Below are positions 7,223-13,717 of a DNA stretch of 13,717 nucleotides, in pieces. Every line of letters begins with the position of its first letter. Position 1 is the first letter of the stretch. The stretch lies in NCBI GenBank assembly GCA_049699855.1, contig JBNAWM010000035.1:1-13717 (forward strand), read 5' to 3'. Both the position numbers and the translations under genes were made by a program. The notes under the pieces were generated by a model that searched no databases, was not told where the DNA came from, and saw nothing but the letters and a program-made list of their open reading frames with translations. This stretch comes from Candidatus Cryosericum sp. (GTDB lineage: Bacteria > Caldisericota > Caldisericia > Cryosericales > Cryosericaceae).

Positions 7223-7245
7223 AATTGTGTCCCCCGCGCTTTGTC

Positions 7246-7309
7246 TGTCATTTCGCCCTGAGCCTTTTGGTGTAAGGCGAAGGGTGCTTTCGGCGCAGGC
7301 GGGAGTCCA
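7246..7309 (+). repeat. 64-bp direct repeat, copy 2
   Basis: Shares a 49-bp identical core with copy 1 (7037-7085 = 7256-7304), offset 219 bp. Confidence 0.9.
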
Positions 7310-7326
7310 ACAGGTCCGATGGCCGG

Positions 7327-7896
7327 CTAGAGGTCTCCCTTGAGGCCGATGGCGTCGGCTACTTCGCGCATGCCCATAATGGTCTGGGTGATCACCTCGT
7401 CCAGGTCCATGCCCAGCATGGCGGCACCGTTTTCGATCACCTCGCGGTTCACGCCGGCGGCAAACCGGTGGTCCTTGTACTTCTTCTTGACGGATTTCAG
7501 CTCAAGGTCCAGGACGCTCTTGGAGGGGCGCATGATGGCGCAGGCATTGATCAGTCCGGTCAGCTCATCGATGGTATAGAGGACCTTCTCCATGACATGC
7601 TCGGGCTTCACGGTGGAGCACAGGCCGTAGCCATGGCTCTGGACGGCGTGGATGTATTCCTCGTCGATGCCGCGCTCGGTCATGATCTCCCTTGCCTTGG
7701 TGCAGTGCTGCTCCGGGTACATCTGATAGTCGATGTCATGCATCAGCCCGACAATGCCCCACTTCTCCTCATCCTCGCCCAGCAGGCGGGCAAAATGCCG
7801 CATGACGCCTTCGACGGCGAGGGCATGGGTGATGAGCGCGGGAGAATCATTGTACTTGAGCAGCAGTTCATAGGCTTCGTCTCTTGTTGGTTTCAC
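7327..7896 (-). CDS. HD-superfamily (HDIG-type) metal-dependent hydrolase
   Basis: 189 aa, GTG start with RBS AGGAGG. Motifs HALAVE, GLMHDIDY, HAVQSHG, DELTGLI, RPSKS, FAAGVNRE. Confidence 0.92.
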   Translation of the reverse strand: MKPTRDEAYELLLKYNDSPALITHALAVEGVMRHFARLLGEDEEKWGIVGLMHDIDYQMYPEQHCTKAREIMTERGIDEEYIHAVQSHGYGLCSTVKPEHVMEKVLYTIDELTGLINACAIMRPSKSVLDLELKSVKKKYKDHRFAAGVNREVIENGAAMLGMDLDEVITQTIMGMREVADAIGLKGDL

Positions 7897-7951
7897 GGTT
7901 GCAGTACCTCCTGTTGAGATGCGAAATGGAACATCATGGTGCCTGACCCCA

Positions 7952-8230
7952 TTACCACGGCAGCCACCACGAGAAGCTGTTTCTGAGGTTCTCGGCTGCG
8001 TCCTGATTCAGGTAGTATCTGCCATCGGGACATTCCTGCAAGACCCCGTATCGCACCAGTTTGTTCACAACCAGCCAGCCCGAACCGAGAGCGCCGAATC
8101 GGACCAGGGGGTTGATCAGGTTGTTGATGTCATCCAGAGGGAGGGCCGTCTCGGGACTGACAACGCCCTGCTCGTCCAGCACGTTCACATAGGCACTCTG
8201 CAGATAGTAAAAGCCGGTTCCGTTTGCCAC
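7952..8230 (-). CDS. Small hypothetical protein, possible winged-helix-like C-terminus
   Basis: 92 aa, GTG start preceded by GGAGG; protein-like composition; LVRYGVLQECPDGRYYLN resembles a wHTH wing. Confidence 0.65.
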   Translation of the reverse strand: MANGTGFYYLQSAYVNVLDEQGVVSPETALPLDDINNLINPLVRFGALGSGWLVVNKLVRYGVLQECPDGRYYLNQDAAENLRNSFSWWLPW

Positions 8231-8405
8231 CTCTGACCTCCGTTCCTGGTATCACAATACTGTAGCACAATCTGGAGCAAGGCCAGCAGGGGAGTTGCGT
8301 GGAAGTGGAGTCATCAGACGGTAGGTCGTGTCATGTGCAACCTTTGCTTGTAGGGGTCCGCCTGCCGCAGCGGCATATTTTGTAAAATGTGTAGACCTGA
8401 CCCCG

Positions 8406-9188
8406 TCAGGGGAGGGAGAGGTCCGCCACGACGAGGGCGTGGTCGCTGCCGGCGCGCAGGGCGTCATCGTAGAGGTAGCGCACGTCCAGGATGCGGATGC
8501 CGGGTGAGACGCGGATGCTGTCGTAGCGACAGCGCAGGTACTTGCCCTTGCGCCCGCGGTGATAGGAGTCGGCCAGCGGCCCGTTGGGGTAGGAGCGCAG
8601 GCGACGCTTCCACTCTGCGGGACGATCGGCGTACCACAGGCGCAGGGCATCCTCGGTCCATGCGCCGGAGCCCAGGACTGCTTCTTCCTCGGGGTTCCAC
8701 CATACACTGCGGAGGAGATCGGGGTGATCGACGCGCGGCCCGTTGGCATCCATCCCCAGAACCAGGGGCGGCATGGCAGTGGACAGCCAATCTGCCAGGG
8801 CATCGAAGAACGCGGGGCGCTGGGCGCGTCCCTGGCCGGCGTTGGTGGGGGCATAGCCGGAGAGGAGGGTCACGGCGGTTCCTGCCCGTTCAGCCGTGCC
8901 TGCCAGCAGACGGCGCGAGAGCGGTGGCGCGCGCAGGGAGGGAGCGAGGACCCAGGCGCCCACGGTGGCAATCAGGCATCCGCCCCGGCGGGCCCCAGAC
9001 GGAGCAGGTTCGAGGGACCATGTGTCCAGGACGCTGTCCCAGTGGCGGTTGTCCAGGACGGCACGCACGGCCGAGGGCCCCACGTCCTGCAGGAGGACGA
9101 TGTCCGCATCCTGGGTCGCAAGCAGGGCGAGCTGGTCATCGGGCCGCGGCAGGCCGCGCACGTTCCAGTTGGCAACTCGAAGTCTCAT
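8406..9188 (-). CDS. Endonuclease/exonuclease/phosphatase (EEP) family protein
   Basis: 260 aa from ATG 9188. MRLRVANWNV, DADIVLLQD, LVLGMDAN, RYDSIRVS and SDHALVVADL occur in EEP motif order. Confidence 0.9.
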   Translation of the reverse strand: MRLRVANWNVRGLPRPDDQLALLATQDADIVLLQDVGPSAVRAVLDNRHWDSVLDTWSLEPAPSGARRGGCLIATVGAWVLAPSLRAPPLSRRLLAGTAERAGTAVTLLSGYAPTNAGQGRAQRPAFFDALADWLSTAMPPLVLGMDANGPRVDHPDLLRSVWWNPEEEAVLGSGAWTEDALRLWYADRPAEWKRRLRSYPNGPLADSYHRGRKGKYLRCRYDSIRVSPGIRILDVRYLYDDALRAGSDHALVVADLSLP

Positions 9189-9194
9189 AGGAGC

Positions 9195-9200
9195 AGTATA
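9195..9200 (-). promoter_or_regulatory. -10 element for probable leaderless transcription of the EEP gene
   Basis: Minus strand TATACT-GCTCCT-ATG with no Shine-Dalgarno; TTGCCA lies 15 bp further upstream. Confidence 0.6.
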
Positions 9201-9268
9201 TCGCGCCATGCCCTCTGGCAAAAATGCGGGAGAGGTGTAGTCTGAAGAGGATATCAGGAGGTAAAGCC

Positions 9269-10627
9269 ATGGATGAGTTCAAGCCCGAATCAGTACTGAC
9301 GCAGGAGATGCTCGAGCGGTTCAGGATGTCCTTTGAGAGCGACCCGGTGAACAAGCTGGCGCAGGATGCCGTGACCCGCGTATCGGTCCACACGGCCGCG
9401 CTCAACCACGACGTCGCGACCAGCGTGGACCACACGTTCTCGGTGATGCTGCCCACCAACGAGGCAACCACGCAGGAGAAGAGCGGCAGGTGCTGGCTGT
9501 TCTCCGGCCTCAATACCTTCCGGACCGAGGCCATGCAGCGGCTGAACGTCGACAAGTTCGAGCTGTCGCAGAACTACCTGATGTTCTGGGACAAGCTGGA
9601 AAAGGCGAACTACTTCCTGGAGAGCATCCTCGCCACGCTGTCCGAACCGCTGGACGGACGCCTGATGATGCACCTGCTGAGCCATCCCTTGCAGGATGGC
9701 GGCCAGTGGGACATGTTCTGCGCGCTGGTGGAGAAGTACGGTGTCGTTCCCAAGACGGTCATGCCCGAGACAGAGAGCAGCAGCAACTCGGCGGTGATGA
9801 ACGCGGTGATAACGGCCAAGCTGCGCGAGTATGCGGCCGAGCTGAGGCGGATGGCAGCGGCCGGCGATGGGGAGAATGTCCTGCGCTCGCGCGCCGAGAT
9901 GATGATGGGGGTCATCTTCCGCATGCTTGCCATTCATCTGGGAACGCCGCCTGCCGAGTTCTACTGGCAGTGGAGGGACAAGGCGGACGGATTTCATCGC
10001 GACGGCGTCATCACGCCGCAGGAGTTCTACGCACGGTACGTCGGCATCGACCTGGACAACAAGGTCTGTCTCATCAACTGCCCGACGCCGGACAAGCCCA
10101 TGAATCATCTCTACACCATCGGCTACCTGGGCAACGTCGCGGGAGCGAGAGGGATACGATATCTCAACACCCCGATCGCAGCCTTCAAGCAGGCGGCGAT
10201 CGACATGCTGGTGGCGGGGCGCCCGGTGTGGTTCGGCTGTGATGTGGGCAAGTTCGAAGAGCGGGACCTGGGCATCCTGGACCCATCGATCTACAACTAC
10301 GACCTGGTGTATGGCGAGGGACTCATGAGCGACAAGTCTGACCGCATCCTCTATGGCCAGAGCGCCATGACGCATGCGATGGTGCTGACGGGCGTGGATT
10401 TGGATGGGGATGGCCACGCGCGCAAGTGGCGTGTCGAGAACTCGTGGGGCGACAAGCTGGGCGACAAGGGGTTCTTTGTCATGACAGATGCCTGGTTTGA
10501 CGAATATGTCTACGAGGTTGCCGTGAGCAGAGATTATCTCTCCGAGGAGCTGGAGGCGGTCCTGCGCGAAGAGCCGACGGTCCTGCCGCCCTGGGATCCC
10601 ATGGGCGCCCTGGCCGTTGCTCCTTGA
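9269..10627 (+). CDS. pepC: Aminopeptidase C / bleomycin hydrolase (peptidase C1B)
   Basis: 452 aa from ATG 9269 (RBS AGGAGG). Catalytic motifs QEKSGRCWLF, THAM, WRVENSWG; also FWDKLEKAN, DGGQWDM, PVWFGCDV and C-terminal PWDPMGALA. Confidence 0.96.
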   Translation: MDEFKPESVLTQEMLERFRMSFESDPVNKLAQDAVTRVSVHTAALNHDVATSVDHTFSVMLPTNEATTQEKSGRCWLFSGLNTFRTEAMQRLNVDKFELSQNYLMFWDKLEKANYFLESILATLSEPLDGRLMMHLLSHPLQDGGQWDMFCALVEKYGVVPKTVMPETESSSNSAVMNAVITAKLREYAAELRRMAAAGDGENVLRSRAEMMMGVIFRMLAIHLGTPPAEFYWQWRDKADGFHRDGVITPQEFYARYVGIDLDNKVCLINCPTPDKPMNHLYTIGYLGNVAGARGIRYLNTPIAAFKQAAIDMLVAGRPVWFGCDVGKFEERDLGILDPSIYNYDLVYGEGLMSDKSDRILYGQSAMTHAMVLTGVDLDGDGHARKWRVENSWGDKLGDKGFFVMTDAWFDEYVYEVAVSRDYLSEELEAVLREEPTVLPPWDPMGALAVAP

Positions 10628-10631
10628 GACG

Positions 10632-11210
10632 ATGGAGACACGTGAGGCACTAGCAGGGCGCAGGAGCATCCGCAAGTTTGCAGACCGCCCTGTGCCGGTA
10701 GAGGTGGTCAATGCCGTCCTGGCCGCTGGGATCCTTGCCCCTTCTGCCAAGAACCGCCAGCCGTGGCGGTTTGTCGTGGTGGCCGACAAAGCCAGGCGCA
10801 CCGAGATGATCCGGGTGATGCGCGCCGGCATTGCAGACAGCAAGAGCCGCGGGATCAACACCGGCACGGCCATCATGACGGCGCGTGTCATGGAAGGCGC
10901 TCCGGTGACGGTGTTCGTGTTCAATCCCGACGGCATCCATCCGTGGCTGTCACATCCAGAGGATCAGTCGTTCATGGAGTCGGCGGACACCCAGTCAATT
11001 GGCGCTGCCATCCAGAACATGCTGGTCGCAGCATGGGACATGGGGCTGGGAACGCTTTGGATGTGCGATGTCTGGTCAGCATACGAACAGCTGGAGGCAT
11101 GGCTGGGCGAGCCGGGAGAGCTGGTCGCCGCCGTGGCGATGGGGTATCCTGCCGAACAGCCGCCCGCCCGCCCGAGGCGCCCGCTCTCAGAGGTCGTGCG
11201 CTGGCTCTAG
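10632..11210 (+). CDS. Nitroreductase family flavoprotein
   Basis: 192 aa with RRSIRKF, APSAKNRQPWRFVVV, GAAIQNMLVAAWDMGLGTLW and MGYP; ATG 4 bp after the pepC stop. Confidence 0.93.
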   Translation: METREALAGRRSIRKFADRPVPVEVVNAVLAAGILAPSAKNRQPWRFVVVADKARRTEMIRVMRAGIADSKSRGINTGTAIMTARVMEGAPVTVFVFNPDGIHPWLSHPEDQSFMESADTQSIGAAIQNMLVAAWDMGLGTLWMCDVWSAYEQLEAWLGEPGELVAAVAMGYPAEQPPARPRRPLSEVVRWL

Positions 11211-11217
11211 CGCCAGG

Positions 11218-11709
11218 TTAGCGGGGACCGAGCAGTTTGGCGATCTGACGACGGAAGTCGGGGAACAGGCTGAGGGAGGCGGTTTCTTCCAGCGTGAACC
11301 AGCCGATGCCCTCCGTCTCGCGCGTGTCCTCGGTGAGGTAGGCGCCTTCTCCGGGAAGAGGCTCGCAGACGTAGGCGAAATCGATGTGGCAATGTTCAGG
11401 TTCCGCGCCGGGCGGGATGCGCTCGCACAGGACCATCCAGGGGACGTGCAGGACCTCCACGACGTCCGGCTCGCCCAGGGTGTCGTCCCGCGGGCTAACA
11501 ATACGGCAGTGCACGCCTGTCTCCTCGAAGATTTCGCGCAGACATGCTTCATCGGGTGTCTCATTCGGCTCCACGTGGCCGCCCGGGTAGATCCAGACAC
11601 GGTGTTTGCGGTGATTGACCAGCAGGATGCGGTCATCCCGCAGGACAAAACCGGAGGCGGTAAAGTGCTTGGGCAGCAGGCGCGCCCACGCGGGCAGTGA
11701 CTCCATCAT
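11218..11709 (-). CDS. Nudix hydrolase
   Basis: 163 aa from ATG 11709 (RBS AAGGAG, ATGA overlap with the upstream stop). HFTASGFV, Nudix box GGHVEPNETPDEACLREIFEETGV, and HCHIDFAY. Confidence 0.92.
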   Translation of the reverse strand: MMESLPAWARLLPKHFTASGFVLRDDRILLVNHRKHRVWIYPGGHVEPNETPDEACLREIFEETGVHCRIVSPRDDTLGEPDVVEVLHVPWMVLCERIPPGAEPEHCHIDFAYVCEPLPGEGAYLTEDTRETEGIGWFTLEETASLSLFPDFRRQIAKLLGPR

Positions 11710-12898
11710 CGATGCTCCTTTGAAGAAGGAGTGAGCGGCACGTCCTCGCAGACGCGGGCAACGATATCGGACGCGGCGTTGGGCTTTCCCAGGTGCCGGA
11801 GCCTGCTGGCCATTTCCCTGCCCTGCGGGGTAAACATCAGCTTCTCGGCGGCGCCAAGCAGCTGGTCGGCATCCTCGGCAGCAAGCGCCGCCCGGTGCTG
11901 GGTCAGAAAGCGGACGTTGACGGCTTCCTGGCCGGGAAGCGGCTGGAACAGGACCAGCGGGACGCCGACAGCGGCAGCCTCGGCAAGGGTGACACCGCCA
12001 GCCTTGGTGACGAGGAGGTCGGCGGCTTCCATGTACGTAGGTACTTCGTCGGTCCATCCGACGGGGATGATTGTGTGATTTGGCGAGCGCGCGGCGGCAA
12101 GAGCACTGACCTGGCCCAGGACATCGCCGTTGTCGCCGCACAGGGCGACGACGGTGACGGGCGCCGGAAACGCCTTCGAGGTGAGGACGTCGCAAGCCTG
12201 AAACAGGTGGCCAAGTCCCAGCCCTCCCCCCATGACGACGGCCACATGGGCCTCCTGGGGCAGACCAAGCATGGCGCGGGCCTTGCGGTAGGAAGCCTCG
12301 GCCTCACGGATCTCTTCCGCCTTGTATGCCGGGTTGCAAAGACGGGTCGTATGGGGATACCAAGGGGGTAGATCGGCTGGCCGACGCGGCGGTGCGACGC
12401 AAGGAAGGTGGCGGTCAGCTGCTCATTTGCAGAAACGTGCCAGCTGACGCCGTGCGCCATGTACAGCGTCTGCAGGACGTAGTCGGTGAAGCAGTTGATG
12501 AGGGGCGTCTGCTGGAGGTGGCGCCGTTTGGCCCGTGCCAGGACCAGGGTTGGCCAGATGTTCGTGGAGACGATGGCATCGGGAGCCTCTGCCTGCGCAA
12601 GATTGCGCAGTCTGGGGTAGCCCAGGTTGGAGAGAAGCCTCGCGGTTGCCTCCGCCTCCCGGAGATTCTGGGTCATCGTGTGCTGGAAAGCCAGGTCGTA
12701 TGCCTCCGGCAGGATCTTGATGAGCTGAAGGTACGCATCACGCATGACAAAGCGCATGGGTGCAGGGATCTCATCAAGGAAGTCGACATACGTGGTCTGC
12801 CAGCCGCGCTGTTCAAACACCTCTCCCAGGGCGCGGGCTGCCTGCTCATGTCCGGCGCCGACACTGGCGTATGCCAGCAGGACCTTGCGGTCAGGCAC
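11706..12898 (-). pseudogene. UgtP/MGDG-synthase-like (GT28) glycosyltransferase interrupted by a 1-nt frameshift near 12330-12340 (pseudogene or sequence error)
   Basis: N-half from GTG 12898 (ASVGAGHEQAARAL, PDAIVSTN, FTDY, LGIPIRPVF) is in one frame. C-half (VMGGGLGLG, LCGDN, YMEAADLLVTKAGGVTLAEA, PLPGQEAVN) is in another. Restoring one base gives 397 aa. Confidence 0.88.
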
Positions 12899-13433
12899 CA
12901 GGCACCTCGGAAAGGGCTGTGCGCAGGGGCCGTGCCAGTGCCGCGACCACTGCCATCTTCGCGATGTCGAGGACCAGGATGGGAGCAAGGCCGATGAGAG
13001 CCGCGATCGTTGTATTGCCCTGTAGGAGGAGCACATGGCACAGCCATAGGACGCCAGGAATGTAGATGAGGATGAGGGATCCTTCCGCCAGGGCGAGGTC
13101 GCGCCACCACGAGTCCCAGTGCCAATGGTCGACGAGGAACCCGACGATGACCGCTGCGAGAAGGAAGCCGACCAGAAAGCCACCCGTCGGTCCCGAAAGA
13201 GCGACCAGGCCAGAGGCTCCGCCGGTGAAGACAGGCAGACCGACAAGCCCAAGCAGGAGGTAGGCGAGGATTGCCACGTAGGCTGTGCTGCCGAACAGAA
13301 GCGGCGTCAGCACCACAAAAGCATCCTGAAAGGTGATGGGAACGGGGCGCAGGGGGATGCTGACATATGCGCCGATGACCAGCAGGGCCACCATGACGGC
13401 AAGCTGTGCAACCCGCCGTGTGGACAGCTTCAC
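12891..13433 (-). CDS. bioY: Biotin transporter BioY (ECF S-component)
   Basis: 180 aa, hydrophobic. Motifs PVPITFQ, AYLLLGLVGLPVFTGG, GPTGGFLVGF, IYIPGVLWL, DIAK. Confidence 0.93.
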   Translation of the reverse strand: MKLSTRRVAQLAVMVALLVIGAYVSIPLRPVPITFQDAFVVLTPLLFGSTAYVAILAYLLLGLVGLPVFTGGASGLVALSGPTGGFLVGFLLAAVIVGFLVDHWHWDSWWRDLALAEGSLILIYIPGVLWLCHVLLLQGNTTIAALIGLAPILVLDIAKMAVVAALARPLRTALSEVPGA

Positions 13434-13717
13434 GTCAGGTAGCCCCTCACGACGGCGATGAACATAGTGATGGCGATGGGAAAGATGTCCTCGTCAAAGG
13501 TGAAATGCGGGTTGTGATGCGGGGCCGTGAGACCCTTTGCCTCATTCCTGGTCCCCATCAGGACGAATGCGCCGGGGACCTGCTGGAGGTAATAGGCAAA
13601 ATCCTCGCCGCCCATGCTGATTTCAGGCAGGACGACGTTGCCGGCGCCCACCGTCTGTTCGAGGAGGGGGCGCAGGAACGCCACCGAGTCGGCGCTGTTG
13701 ATAACGGGCGGATAACC
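13430..13717 (-). CDS. M20 family amidohydrolase, C-terminal part (runs off the window)
   Basis: GYPPVIN...SMGGEDFAYYLQQVPGAFVLMG...HHNPHFTFDED; its stop overlaps the bioY start (GTGA). Confidence 0.92.
   Translation of the reverse strand, partial: GYPPVINSADSVAFLRPLLEQTVGAGNVVLPEISMGGEDFAYYLQQVPGAFVLMGTRNEAKGLTAPHHNPHFTFDEDIFPIAITMFIAVVRGYLT

Noticed and set aside
6825..7309. CRISPR array
   Set aside because: The sequences between repeats are identical or absent rather than unique spacers, the unit lengths are heterogeneous, and no cas genes are in the window
2780..8240. Genomic island integrated at the ssrA 3' end
   Set aside because: No integrase is present, the terminator follows ssrA directly, and the only echo of the 3' end found is an 8-bp GCCACCTC near 8226, which is expected by chance
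9290..10936. 548-aa antisense ORF over pepC and the nitroreductase
   Set aside because: Shadow frame of GC-rich coding sequence with no recognisable motifs; the same applies to 643-1584 (-) and 5654-6778 (+)
11710..12195. N-terminal extension of the Nudix ORF to 325 aa
   Set aside because: Arg/Pro-rich out-of-frame read of the glycosyltransferase; the RBS and ATGA overlap support a start at 11709
12325..12345. Programmed ribosomal frameshift or phase variation
   Set aside because: No slippery heptamer or simple-sequence tract at the shift site
12899..13252. N-terminal extension of the 449-aa glycosyltransferase ORF
   Set aside because: It lies inside bioY in another frame; family similarity starts at GTG 12898

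Overview
GC-rich (~60%) bacterial chromosomal window with mostly housekeeping or accessory content. In order: a TPR-GAF-GGDEF diguanylate cyclase; a complete tmRNA (ssrA, tag ANNNYALAA) with promoter and terminator; a split, membrane-anchored DUF1214-like + DUF1254-like pair; a TetR regulator with a double-palindrome operator followed by a membrane protein; two tandem paralogous 2x[4Fe-4S] ferredoxins; a ~490-bp non-coding cluster of nested CGTC-type palindromic repeats; an HD hydrolase; a small unknown ORF; an apparently leaderless EEP-family nuclease/phosphatase; aminopeptidase C; a nitroreductase; and a minus-strand coupled operon (M20 amidohydrolase, partial; bioY; frameshifted UgtP/MGDG-synthase-like glycosyltransferase; Nudix hydrolase). 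No integrase, transposase, CRISPR array or recognisable defence system is visible. The least explained region is the repeat cluster at 6825-7309: a face-to-face palindrome pair whose outer halves are each triplicated, and a 64-bp chimeric direct repeat enclosing an AT-richer core with internal repeats. Family assignments come from motif recognition by eye, not database searches.
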